From positions 2,790,001 through 2,854,000 of the forward strand of contig JAUPSS010000003.1 in assembly GCA_040285825.1 (NCBI GenBank): a DNA stretch of 64,000 bases, read 5' to 3'. Positions 38,090-50,526 of this stretch are shown piece by piece. The position numbers and the translations under genes were made by a program. The notes under the pieces were generated by a model that was not told the origin of the DNA, did not search any database, and saw nothing but the letters and a program-made list of their open reading frames with translations. This stretch comes from Eukaryota sp. TZLM1-RC. Taxonomy: Eukaryota > Protista > Metamonada: BaSk clade. Position 1 is the stretch's first letter, and the number at the start of each line of letters is the position of its first letter.

Positions 38090-39440
38090 TTATTATATAT
38101 TTTGATATCTCAATTATTGGTCCTTTAAATATTTTAAATGAAATTGCTTCTGAAGCCTCACTATTTTACAGAGATATTGGACTTTTGCTTAATGCCGACA
38201 AATGTCTCCTCATAGGAAATGTAAAAGATTGATTAACGATTGATGGTGTGGAAATTCCTTTCCTTAACTATTCCTCAGATGCTTTTTGTTTCTAGGATGC
38301 TGGCTTGGAAATGTTCCAAAGATTACAAGATCTTTTAACGATTTTGAAATTCTGAACTTGACACAATTTCGTCATTTGAAATTGAGAAACATAGTAAGTT
38401 TTTTATCTTGAAAATTTGTTACTGCGGTAAAATTACTCACTTTTAAATAATAACATCTCATGATATTTCACGTGAGTTTTGCCGCTCATTTAATTATTTG
38501 AGAACAAATTTTTTGCATCTTTGATTGATGTCAATCCTGAACTAATTCGAAATCATGTATTTTCATCATCTAATTTTGCTGGAATTAATTTCACTAAATC
38601 GTCTATTCTCTGTCTAGTTGCTTATTTTGGTGAAGAGAAAAATTCTGTTTTTGAATTTTGCAACCGTTTTCCCAATGTTAATTTATTGAATTTTACAAGC
38701 AATAATTATCTAAGAGACCTACCAAATGCTCTTGAATGTTTGCCCGCTTAAATCTAGAGTAAATGTTTTCCCGACAATGTACAGAAAATACCATCTAGAA
38801 CACTAGTTAATTTGAGGTATTGTGTTAAAAAATTGCAACAAAAGTCAACAATAATTTTTGAAGGCTTGGATTTTACTGTTCATCTTAGCTCGGCCAAAAA
38901 AGATAATCCCACATTCGCATCTTTTTTGTTAGATGTCCAAAACAGTTCCTCTTCGTGTTCAATTACTCACATTCCTCAAATTGATGGTCTTCTTTTAGAT
39001 GATACCGAATTTTTTTGTACAATGAGCCTTTGTTGTCTCATTTGGCCTGATTAGGTGCCTCATAATTTGATTTGCAAATGTGGATCATAAATTTCTCCAA
39101 ATCATTGATTCAATTCTAAACATTTTATTACTTTCCGATCAAAAGTTTATGATGCAGAAAGAGATCAACTCTATTGTATGTCAAATTCACATAGAATTGT
39201 TTCCTGTTTAGAACCATTACTCTCCCGTTTGGTTGATGAAAATATTTTGAATTCGTTTGGCCGAAGTATGTGTGATTTGATGTGTGAAGGTCTTGAAGGT
39301 ACTACCATTATTACAGATGTGAGATCCACTGATGTCTGTAATAATTGTTTTATTCCAATGGCTCAATCATAATATAGGGACTCCTTAACTGTTTCTGAAC
39401 AAGCCAAAATTGACAAATATAAAGCAAAATTGTTATCTAA
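38090..39440 (+). mobile_element. Decayed RLE non-LTR 3' part (family C-like)
   Basis: Similar to 35140-36480; many stops. Confidence 0.85.
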
Positions 39441-39942
39441 AAAGATTCAGAAATAAAGGGATATATTTAATGTCACTAGAGAGGTACCTACAATAGTGTA
39501 AAATGGTGTGGGCTTGACCACTGGTTTCCAATCATCCATTCTGAAATGCGGACAACAATCATTATCGTTCTTCCTCATCTGTCTTCCTAGTGGAGCACAG
39601 AAGGAATTACAAACGTGTCATATTGTGCAATAGGTGCGACCATCATTGGTTAGGTAAAATACAATAAATGATAAGGAAAGTAACACTTGAACAGTAGACG
39701 GACATTACTAACTCTTGCTAAACTGACATTCTATAATTAAATAAATAATTTAACAAATTATCCTGTATAATCTTAACCAATAAATAAAAAATTAATTTAA
39801 CTCGAAATACTATGCATATTACAAAAAATTTGTTTGCAATTTTCCGGTGTCACAAGAAAAATAAACAGAAAATAGAATAATAAATATAAGAAAAATAAAC
39901 CAAAAAATGTTTAACTAAAATTTCGAAAAAACCTCACAAGCA

Positions 39943-41058
39943 CTATCGAGTAATTCTAATTTGCTTGACTCTTTGTAGTAGTTGCTTCGCTTCTTTGTCA
40001 TTAGTGAAGCGTTCCCGAACAGGTGCTAAAAGCCTATTAATTTCAAAAACCAAACAGCTCTTCACATCACCAGGATGCAACAGCTCAGCAGCATAGTCTC
40101 TTTCAAAATCTTCATAATTAGAAAAGGAAACATCCCCACCATTCTCTTGACTTCTCCTGACTATCACGTCATCATCCACAGCTAAACCAGCTAAACCAAC
40201 AGACCGTGCAGGGAAAACGATATGTTTGAAGTAATCCAAAACTGGGTTATCTTGAACCACACCTGGGGGGCAAAATGCCTTCTTGATCTTTAATTGAACA
40301 TCCTTTTCAGAATCTTCCATAAAAATAGCGCTATCAGGATGGCTCTTGGACATTTTCGCTTGCCCTTCTCGCAGACCCATCAACATGTGATTAGATACGA
40401 CAATGGGCTTCAATCTTTTGGTCTCGGTGGCGTACTCTCGTGCTAACATATTAACCTTTCGTTGGTCTAACCCCAGCTGACAAATATCAGCTCTAAGAGC
40501 AAAAATATCAGCAGCCTGCATACAAGGGTACATAATCTGGGCTGCGGTAAGCTCTTCCTCCTCTCCCCTTCCCATGATGGTACAGCATCGCTTAATGCGA
40601 GTAACAGTGTTACGACGGGCAATGTCCATGACTAACTTCCAATAAGATTCGTGGTGTTCATTAATAAATTCAGAGGACCAAATAAAGTCCATGCCATCTA
40701 CATCCATCCCGACACTTTTCCATACCTCGACCATGTATTTGCCAATGGTTTGAATTTTGTCGAGCTTACCGTTGCACTTATTGTTAAGCATGGCAAAGTA
40801 ATCGGCGACATAGTAGACCACCTTGACACCAGCACGGATAAGCTTATTCACGTTGATGGCCTTCATCAAACCTTGAGCAATGTGCATTCGTCCTGAAGGT
40901 TCAAATCCATCATAAGCAACTGGGAATGGTTTTTTTTCGAGAAGATTACGGAGTTCTTCAGGTTGGACAACCTCTTCTCCCATCGACATGACAAGAGCAA
41001 CACGTTCATCAAGACTAAGGCAAGACTGTGGATGTGAAGATGAAGAAGGATCAGACAT
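39943..41058 (-). CDS. TyrRS: Tyrosyl-tRNA synthetase (cytosolic, short archaeal/eukaryotic type)
   Basis: YDGFEPSGRMHIAQG, YPCMQAADI, LGLDQRK, KMSKS. Confidence 0.96.
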   Translation of the reverse strand: MSDPSSSSHPQSCLSLDERVALVMSMGEEVVQPEELRNLLEKKPFPVAYDGFEPSGRMHIAQGLMKAINVNKLIRAGVKVVYYVADYFAMLNNKCNGKLDKIQTIGKYMVEVWKSVGMDVDGMDFIWSSEFINEHHESYWKLVMDIARRNTVTRIKRCCTIMGRGEEEELTAAQIMYPCMQAADIFALRADICQLGLDQRKVNMLAREYATETKRLKPIVVSNHMLMGLREGQAKMSKSHPDSAIFMEDSEKDVQLKIKKAFCPPGVVQDNPVLDYFKHIVFPARSVGLAGLAVDDDVIVRRSQENGGDVSFSNYEDFERDYAAELLHPGDVKSCLVFEINRLLAPVRERFTNDKEAKQLLQRVKQIRITR

Positions 41059-41133
41059 CTCTTACAATACACAAAGATGGTCAATCAAGGAGGAGGTGGG
41101 AGGATTAGGTTATTTAATTACAATGTTTTTGAT

Positions 41134-41718
41134 CAATGTTAGAATTGCTGAACTAGTTCGGCCGAACGTTCGGCACCTACTGATATTCGGTTAGTTCGGC
41201 ATCTGGTTTTGATTCATTAATAATAAAACGCTGTTTATCTCCTCCTTCCTTATACTATTACACTCACTATCAACCAACAAAGTAAACTTTTATTCAGAAA
41301 GTTCTACAACATCTAAATCTAGGTCATTAACCTAGGACAGTGTTTATATCCTTGACAGAAATGGTGGATTATTGAGTACATAAGGCATATCCAGCTCTAT
41401 ACTCCTTAATGAAATGGGAGGAAAAACGACGGGCTGAACCTTTTAGCATTTTACTGCAGCAGCGGCACTGTGAAGTAATATTTTTGGACACTTTATCGTA
41501 ATTAACGTTGTCCAGAAGTTTGTAAACAGGGTGCTTTGGCATTGAAGAAAGTTGATGTAAAGAAGGGGATTTATGTATGAATACAGATTTTTAAACAATG
41601 AAATCTATTGTATAGTAGTTGAAATAGGGATTTGGGAAAACATCTTTAAACAAAACTGTCTTGACACGTGTAAATGAACAAAAACTAGTTCGGCCAAACG
41701 TTCGGAATTCTAACATAG
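41134..41718. mobile_element. Non-autonomous hAT-like TIR element (MITE)
   Basis: TIR CAATGTTAGAATT / AATTCTAACATAG (12/13), subterminal CCGAACGTTCGG-type palindromes at both ends, 8-bp flanks TTTTTGAT / TGTTTGAT (7/8). Confidence 0.7.
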
Positions 41719-41867
41719 TGTTTGATTGACCTCAAAATTAACTTATTCTTCCGTAGCACAAATGATCCTCTAAGATACTGAACTGTATAAGTACCTTGTA
41801 GTTAGGTTTGTGGAACTCACAAAGAATTGCTATCGAAAAACCTCAAATTTTGAAGGTAGATTAGCTA

Positions 41868-43203
41868 CACTTATGCCTGTAATTAGTCTCAGTGCAAAAT
41901 TAGTCTCAGTGCACAATTAGTCTCACTGAGACTAATATTGTCCAAGAAGTGTCCAAAACTCCACAAGTGAGACTAATATTGTCCAAAATATTTGCCATTT
42001 TATAAAATTTGCAACGGATGTTATAGCTCAACAGTAAACACGATCTCTTTTTCAGGGAACATTCACCTATGAAAACGTAACTATAGTGTGGTATTATACA
42101 GACGGGAAAATTGTCACTAAGTCCCCTCAAACAAGAAGAAATCGAACGAGCTGTTGCATATCATTTGGGTTATGTGTCAAGATTGTTTGACGAAGGTCTT
42201 GAAGAAGACTTGATCTGCAATTTTGACGAAACACATTCTCGTATAAATTTGGATAACGGAAAGACTCTTGGATTTATTGGAGATGACGAAGTACGTTACT
42301 GTGACGTCGTTAGCGGATCACAAGGTATAACAATGGTTGTGAAACTCACAGGAGGACGTGGGGCCAAAATTGATGTTCCATTTCTTATTTTCCAGAACCA
42401 AAACGAAAATTACCCAATAAGAAATCTCCCTGATGTTGATTCTAAGGTGGCATATCGCACTGCCAACAAAGGATTCATGACTTCAGTGAAATTTGCTGAA
42501 TTTTTTGAAGAATATAATAATGTCTATGTCTTTTATAATGTCTATGATTAAGAAGGTATGGACGAATGCCTGGGATCAGAAGAAGTTGGAAATGATCCAG
42601 AGTGCTGCTCATCATAACATACCGTCCGGCAAACTACCGAATCCAGGCAAACAGTTCTTTCTGGATCTTGCAAAAGAGACAGTAGAAAAGATCAACAGTA
42701 AAACCAACAATGATGGAATTTCTTATGCGAGAGCAGCTATGATTCGCTGTGATCTAGGTGTTAATGATGAAAATCAATGGTCAGTGTCACAATTATCCCC
42801 TGAACTGCAGCGTATTGTTGCTAAATACTCAAGTAACTTTCAAGGAGAAAAACCTGAACATTTCGATGATGACTTGTGGGACGATTTGAGTGATGATGAG
42901 GAATCCTTACAAAACCACGTTCATGAAGACAGTGGAGATGATTATCTGGAGAACGTGACAAGCAATGAGTTAGAAGACTTGCAAGGAGATGATGATGATT
43001 GCTATGTATTAGAATAGTTCGACCAAATAAAATGTTTTTATTACTTCAGAACATCAGGACAAATTTAGTCTCAGTGCACAATTAGTCTCAGTACAGAATT
43101 AGTCTCAGTGCACAAATAGACTCACTGAGACTAATATTGTCCTGGACATTGAAAATGCTGAGTACAAAATTAGTCACAGTGAGACTAATTACAGGCATAA
43201 GTG
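41868..43203 (+). mobile_element. pogo/Tc1-mariner-superfamily DNA transposon, internally deleted
   Basis: Perfect 24-bp TIR CACTTATGCCTGTAATTAGTCTCA, TA TSD on both sides, transposase remnant with NFDETH and PFLIFQN. Confidence 0.9.
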
Positions 43204-43801
43204 TAGTTTGCTTCATTTGAAATTGAAATTTGATTAAGATTCCATGTAAATCACTCTCCCTCCTGCTTGTCAAAACGACGTATAATTTTGTAGAATTTTC
43301 CCTTGAAACCAGATGGGACCTTAGAATAATCGCTCCTTGTAATCCGTGAGAACGTTCCGTGAGAACAAGTAGTTTCAGTGAAACAACTCACTTAATGCAG
43401 CAGAAGCACAGTACAAGTTGTATTAAGTTGATATTTTTGTCAGTGCAAAATAGTGTTCGAAATACAAGTGGCCAACTGTCAAATGAACGATCAAACCACC
43501 AAATTTGCGCAACGTTAAATCTTACAATAGACGGAATACCATTCTCCTTCCACACAACAATTCCTGCTCTTTGAATGTCGAATATTTTGACGCAAATCTC
43601 CATCATTAGATGGATTTGGCTTCAGCAGATAAACAGTTTAGTTTAGGTATATTTTTAAATTTAATTGTTCATACAATAAACTTTATCCTCACCTACATCA
43701 TGGGGCTACTTAATGACAAGTTTTGAGGATCAATTTTATGATAAATTGAGCACAATGTTTAAATGTTTATTCAAAATAATAAAGACTAACACTATTAAAC
43801 A

Positions 43802-44329
43802 CTATTGCTGAGCTGCCGCCGAACCTGCCATTGTAAGTTCTTGAGGCAGTTTGGGTGGTTGGAATCCAAAGTACTTGACAATATTGGCCCTTAGAGAAGC
43901 TGAGCACAAGGCATAGATAAATGAAAACGAGCAGTCAGTCCAGTCAGTTCCCTCAAGTCTTCGATGACTGAGACCACGAATCATTTTGATAGGTTCGAAT
44001 GGAAGCTTGGCTACCACAACACCGAGAAAGCGCTTAGATAGAACACGATAAGCTACTATCATAATAATGCCAAGAAAGAAGGTGCCTTTGAACTTCATCA
44101 TTTGCACCTGTTGGTTTTCTTGCTTGATGGTGTCTTCTAACTTTTTTAGTTTTTTTTGGTCAGTGGGAGGTTTTTCCTGCCATTCTTTGAGTTTAGCGGC
44201 TAATCTTTCCTTTTGAGAACGATATTTTGAAGTACGATATACAAAAAGCCATCCCAGAAACTCAGAAAGACTGCTTACAGTGATAGAAAAGAGAACAATG
44301 AGAAGAACAGGTGGAATAATGTCGATCAT
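43802..44329 (-). CDS. TMCO1: TMCO1 (Oxa1-superfamily ER membrane protein)
   Basis: GWLFVYRTSKY, VVAKLPFEP, GLSHRRLEGTDWTDCSFSFIYALCS; ATG at 44329. Confidence 0.93.
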   Translation of the reverse strand: MIDIIPPVLLIVLFSITVSSLSEFLGWLFVYRTSKYRSQKERLAAKLKEWQEKPPTDQKKLKKLEDTIKQENQQVQMMKFKGTFFLGIIMIVAYRVLSKRFLGVVVAKLPFEPIKMIRGLSHRRLEGTDWTDCSFSFIYALCSASLRANIVKYFGFQPPKLPQELTMAGSAAAQQ

Positions 44330-44386
44330 TTGGGCAGGAAAAAAAAGAAAAAAAAAAGAAATCTTTGCTAAAAGTGCACATCTTAC

Positions 44387-45589
44387 ATGGAGCAAGATTC
44401 TCAAACATCTGCAGCTGAACAGTTACTTAAAGCTGTTCAAGACCATGCCAATATACGTCAGCAGCTTAAATCTTTTCAGGAAAAATATGATAAACAGAAA
44501 CACATCTACGATCGATCAGAAGCTCATCTACGTGCCCTTCAATGCTGTGGTCAGTTAATTGGAGAACTCCTCCGACAGATCGACGAAGATAGATTTGCAG
44601 TTAGAGCCCTATCGGGTTCTCGATATGTTGTTGGATGTCGCAAGAACCTAGATCGCTCCCAACTGACTTCTGGTGCCCGTGTTGCTCTGGATATATCGAC
44701 CCTTACCATCATGCGGATACTTCCTAGAGAAGTAGATCCTTCAGTACACCACATGATTACTGAAGACCCTGGAAAGGTAGGTTTCTCCTCAGTTGGTGGC
44801 TTGGCTGAGCAGCTCCGTCAAGTCCGAGAAGTTGTAGAACTCCCTCTCACCAACCCAGAACTCTTCCTCAAAGTAGGTATTAAGCCCCCAAAAGGAGTAC
44901 TAGTATACGGCCCGCCCGGAACAGGTTTGTAGTGTTGTATCTCATTAACTTTAGGCAAAACCCTTATGGCAAGAGCAATCGCTGCAACCACTGACGCTCA
45001 CTTCCTGAAGGTTGTCGCTTCATCTGTTGTTGATAAGTATATTGGTGAGTCTGCCAGGATTATACGAGAAATGTTCCAATGGGGAAAGGATCACTCGCCT
45101 TGTATTATCTTTATAGATGAAATTGACGCAATTGGTGCAAAAAGAAATAGTGAAGGATCAAGTGCAGACCGTGAGATTCAGCGGACATTGATGGAATTGC
45201 TCTCTCAACTAGATGGTTTTGATCCACTAGGTCAAGTAAAGGTTATTATGGCCACCAACCGTCCTGACACTCTTGACCCCGCACTTCTCAGACCAGGTCG
45301 TTTAGATCGTAAGGTGGAGATTCCTTTACCAAATGAAGCAGGCAGAGTGGAAATTTTGAACATTCATTCAGCTAAAATGAACGTGCAAGGTGATGTTGAT
45401 ATGGAAGCAGTGGCTCGTTTGGCTGACCGCTTCAATGGAGCTGATTTACGGAATGTTTGTACAGAAGCAGGAATGTTTGCGATTAGGTCTGATAGAGATT
45501 ATGTTACACAGGAAGATTTTATCAAGGCTACTAGGAAATTAGCGGATATTAAAAGGCTGGAGACTAATTTGGAATACAAAAAAGTGTAG
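44387..45589 (+). CDS. PSMC6: 26S proteasome AAA-ATPase Rpt4 (10B); 30-nt intron 44925-44954
   Basis: [26 protein letters not shown]; splicing restores Walker A GPPGTGKT; IFIDEID. Confidence 0.95.
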
Positions 45590-45729
45590 ATAATAAACCA
45601 TTGTTCTTGAAATAATGCTTGTTGATGGACAAAGGTAACAGAATTATTGTTTGAAAATTGTTCAAATCTGTATCTTTAAGTGAATTTTGTGTGAATTTTT
45701 TTCAACAATTTAATTTATTCCAACGAGAA

Positions 45730-48700
45730 ATTTTTTTTTTCTTCCTCTACATATAACCGTTTAACTTAAAACCTGGCTGAACCGAGATCATTGCTTCTAT
45801 TCTTTCTTGTTGATGTATGAATCAGTTTCTGATTCTAATGGAGTCAAAAGAAAGAACGATAGTCAACAAGATGCTCAAGACGTCCTTTCCACCTCTCCTC
45901 TTCAACCTCTTCTCTCTTCATTTTTGGACAAAAAAAATTCTGATCAAGAATTTTTAGACAATCACGATGAAAAAAAAGTTTGTTCAAAAACAAAGCCACG
46001 CTCCTACAGATGCTCAAAGTGTCGACAACAGGGACATAATGCTCGAACATGCCCCAATGTTGGAAAAAATGATGCGGCAAATTCTGAAACAAAATGTAAA
46101 AGAAAATTTATTAGAAGGAAAGAGTCTAAGGTAGAACCCATAAATAATGCTCCACAAGTTGTTGCAAAACCAGTTAGCAATCGATTGAAGCACAAAACTT
46201 GCAACACTTGTGGTATTTCTTTTAGAAAAAATGCAAAAGGAAAAACTTCTGATCGCTGCTTGAAATGCCGCATAGTTGATAACTACCATCCTCCTATAAG
46301 AATACCTCAAGAAATTCATCCGACCAAATGCAATGAATTTGCTTTCGTTTTTCAAAGATTTTTGGATCAATTATGTAAAGGAAAGTATGCTATCAATATT
46401 ATTTGGGATTTTTTTGGTTCTTTTTGTCCTCCTTTTGAACAAAATTTCGTTAATATTTCCGAAGATTTAACCAATATAGCACCGAGAAATCAGTCATCCG
46501 AGAAATTAAGTAAAATTTTTGAAGACAAATGCTTTGACAACAAATGGTCCAAGGCTTTGTCAGCTTTAAGTCCCGGAGTCAAAGCACCGAACAATGAAAA
46601 TACAGTAGATAAACTGAAAATACTTCATCCTTATGAAGACCCTATAATGGATCAAAATTTTTACGGCACATACTGGGAAAATTTTCCATTGATGCCATCA
46701 GAAGTTTTTTCGGTTATCAAAAAGAGACCTCGTGGTAAGTCTGCCGGACTTTCTGGTATTACTATTGATCATGTAAAAGCCGCGATTATTTCTTCAGAAG
46801 ATTGCCTTGGTTTATTGACCAAATTTTTCAACCAAATATTATCTGGTCAACGCAAATACCCAGAAGAATTAAGAAGTTCTCGTTTGACTGCACTTGTCAA
46901 AAATTCAAAAATGGATGTTCGTCCTATTGCAGTCTCTGAGAGCTTACACAATATTTTTTCTGCGTGTTGCTTAAGCAGGTTCAATGAAAAAGCTAAAAAG
47001 ATCTTATTACCCTTTCAATATGGTATAAATACTACAGATGGAGTCTCTTCAGCGATTTTTGTTACTGATGTCTTATTTCGTCAAAATGAATCCAATGTTT
47101 GCATGTCATTGGATTTTAGTAATGCTTTCAATTCGCTAAGTCGTCGCAGTATCCATGGTGCTCTATTGCAATATATGCCAGAATTAATACCATATTTTCA
47201 ATCAACATATTGCACATATTCTAATTTACATTTTGGTAACAACATTTTGATTTCATCAAGTGGCGTAAAGCAAGGAGATCCGTTAGGACCTCTTTTGTTT
47301 TGTTTGGCCATTCATCCTATTCTACTGCAAATTCAAGAGATGTTTCCTTCACTAAAAATGATTGCATATATGGATGATGTTGTGCTTATTGGTGAATTAA
47401 ATATTGTGAAAAAAGCAACTGTATGTTTTAAAGAATTATTTACCAAAAATTGGTCTCCGACTTAATTTACTTAAATGTGTTTTGTTATCGAATTCTCCAG
47501 TTTCCACAATAATTGATGATATTGAAATTCAAGCCAAATTATATTCAATTGATGCTATTCGTCATTTGGGTTCGTTTTTAGGAAATAATGATGAAATTAC
47601 CAAAAAATTGTTTGAAAAGTTGAACTCAATTTCTGACAAAATTGACCGAATGATGAATTTAGATATAAAAAAACACATCAAATTTACCATTATAAGACTG
47701 TGTTTTAGTTCCAATTTTAATCATATATTTCGATCTACAAATCCTCTCGTCACTAGACCTTTGGCTCAAAAGTTACGTGAGTTACGTGCAAAAGTTCTGT
47801 CTCAATTACTGGGATGTAAAATGTTTCAAATTCCAGATCATGCTTACCTTAGTCCACAATATGGTGGTTTAGGGTGGACGAAGGCTTCTATTCTTACCTC
47901 GTGTGCTTTTGTTGGTAGATGCAGAAATGCAATCTTTGAGTTCTCCGAAAGATTTGCAGATTGGGAAGATTTATTGATGACAACGCAAAGTTCCACTGTT
48001 TTTGCATTAAATGAAGAAATTTCAAGAATTGATGTAGAAAAATGGGGTCGATGTTTTCCCTAATCATTCAATGGCAATATTCCAGAAAAAAATGTTTTAA
48101 ATTTGAAGTACACTCTTCGAACATTACAGAAAAGATTGACTGGAATGTATGAAAAAGATCTTTATAATAATATTTGCAGCTCGGCTGTTTTAAATCAAGA
48201 TCTTCACTCATTGTTATTGGAAAAGGGTGTTTGTGAAAACAAGGTGTCAGATTCTTCACTTTTTGTAACCATTGTACCACGAAGATTTGGATTGTGTGCT
48301 ACTAATGAAGCATTTGTAACAAAAATGAGATTATATTTGAACATCCCCATTAACCAATTATTATCAAAAGAAAAATGTATTTGTTCGAATTCACCTCAAC
48401 TCACTTTGCGCCATGCTCTAAATTGCTCTAAATTGATAACTTATCGTTCTTCATTACATGATGCTGTTAGAGACACTGTTTTCAATATGGCACAAACTGC
48501 AAGGATATCGTGTATCAAAGAGCCCCTGCTGAAAGAAACACTTTCTCTGAATAATTTTAGTTCTGATGATAGAGGTGATGTATACTGTGATTGGATTGAT
48601 AATTCTGAAGCTATTGTTGACTTTGTCTCATGTAATGTTGCAAACGATACTTTGGTTCACAGAAGAAAACTTAATCCTGTGGCTGCTCTGGATTTTAAAG

Positions 48701-49069
48701 CAAAAGAAAAACATAGAAAATATGATAAAGAAATTGAAGATGCAAATATCGATAGAAATACACAGCTGGTTTTTATTGCTTTTCCATTTTCGATAAATGG
48801 AAGATTATCAGTTGAAGCAGAAACTTTTTGGATGACTTCCAAAAAATGGTGAAAGAAAAAACAATGAAAAGATTTGATATTTTTTTATGGCGTTCACGGA
48901 TTCAATTTGCAATTATTAATAGATTACCGCGGTTTTTCAATCGAATTAGAGAAGCTTTAGCTAGACAGCAAGCAAATCAAGATTTTGTAGAGGAAATCTT
49001 GGTTTAATGATAGTCGTCCCATTAGTTATGATTTAATTTAATCAAGTGTGCAAATTCAATAAATTATCA
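45730..49069 (+). mobile_element. Full-length family-A RLE non-LTR retrotransposon
   Basis: Near-intact ORF from ATG 45813; 14-bp TSD TATTCCAACGAGAA at 45716-45729 and 49070-49083. Confidence 0.96.
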
Positions 49070-49109
49070 TATTCCAACGAGAAGCTAAACACAAGAATTA
49101 AATTTCTAA

Positions 49110-49500
49110 ATCTTCATATCCCATTAGTCAACAAAAATCGACTGAATTTTCCTTCATAAATGCGACCAAGAGATAATGAAGCAGAAGACAATAAGGGACC
49201 AACATCTTTGAAAATTGAAAATACTTTTCTGTTCTGCCAAAACGTTGTTTTACATTTTTAACAAAATCATCCAAAAAAGATAAAGCAAGTAGTCCAAGTG
49301 TACCATGTAAGGAAAAAGCAAATGGACAAAGGACATAATGAGTGTGAGATTCAGCATTCAAGGATAGCAACTTTGCTTTATATTTGTCAATTGTAGAATT
49401 TTCGGCAACACACAGCAGATTCTTGTGTTTTGACTGAGCTAATGGTATGAAAGAATCTTTACACACGTCAGTTGATCTCACATCAGTAATGATAGTGGTG
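49110..49500 (-). mobile_element. RLE non-LTR 3' fragment (family C-like)
   Basis: DVRSTDVC..KYK..PFAFSLHG, similar to 39300-39440. Confidence 0.8.
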
Positions 49501-49533
49501 AGCTTTTGTGAGTGAGATAGAAGTTCTTTGTCA

Positions 49534-49607
49534 GCTCTCTTAGCTCAGATGGTTAGAGCGTACGACTGAAGATCGTAAGGTCCCCGGTTCAAATCCGGGA
49601 GGGAGCA
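49534..49607 (+). tRNA. trnF: tRNA-Phe (GAA)
   Basis: Cloverleaf: acceptor GCTCTCT/AGGGAGC, anticodon arm TACGA-CTGAAGA-TCGTA, T arm CCCGG-TTCAAAT-CCGGG; TTTTT Pol III terminator follows. Confidence 0.97.
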
Positions 49608-50526
49608 TTTTTGACCATTCAACAATTCTGCTGATATTTGAAATATCTCACATTTATGTCATGTGCAAATCATATCGAGTAGATTACTTTTGGCATCGAA
49701 ATCAATTTTCGAAGAAGACATCAACATTAATTAAGTTTGTTGAATTAGAGCTCCAATGTGTCTGGCAGGAGGTAATTTGATTGTTCCTAACTGAAGTGGA
49801 AGCTTTACTAATTTGGATGCCTTGTACATGGACCCATGTAATTCTTCTGATGAATTTAATTAATTCTGATGCTATTAATCCTCTTCTGGCTGGAGAAAAA
49901 TACAAAATTGCTGATTTCTGTTAAGGAAATTTCTCATGCCTAATATAATCGATGTCCCTTTGTTTTTTCTATGCTCGGGTTTTTAGGTAAGGCTGCTTTG
50001 CTATTCCTTGAGGATGTCAGTGTAGTTGTGGAGGAAAGGACTGGGAGAATTTCAATCGTGTTTACTGGAAAACAGGTTTGTGTTTTCTGAATGATTTCCA
50101 AAACCATAATGTAATGGTTCAACAAAAAAACAATGGAGAGATTTGATGTCTGTTTATGGCCCTCTCAATTTAAACTTGCAATAATTGGTAGATAATAGAA
50201 TAAGAGAAGCAATGACGAAGAAACAACTAGATCAGAATTCTGTGAAAGAAATCTTGGCTCAATTAACTTCGTCCAATTGGTTCTGAACTTGTTTGTGAAG
50301 TGATGTGGTTCAATAAAATTTAATAGATGATGAATTATCTCATTGTGAATTATAACAACATGACGACACAAATAAATGCTGCAAAACAAAATTGAATTTG
50401 AATTAAGTCCCATATTGATGTTTATTAACAATCTGAGATCCCTGGATGAACTAAATGTATTGAGTAATGAACACGCAAGATTCCAAAAACAAGCTAAAGT
50501 CTGGATATGGTAAACCACTGAGAAGC

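Noticed and set aside
41881-43190. 17-bp repeats as a CRISPR array
   Set aside because: No unique spacers; they lie within TIR-bounded transposon ends in a eukaryote
49110-49607. tRNA-targeted retrotransposon insertion
   Set aside because: Single decayed fragment, no TSD, and TE density is high throughout the window
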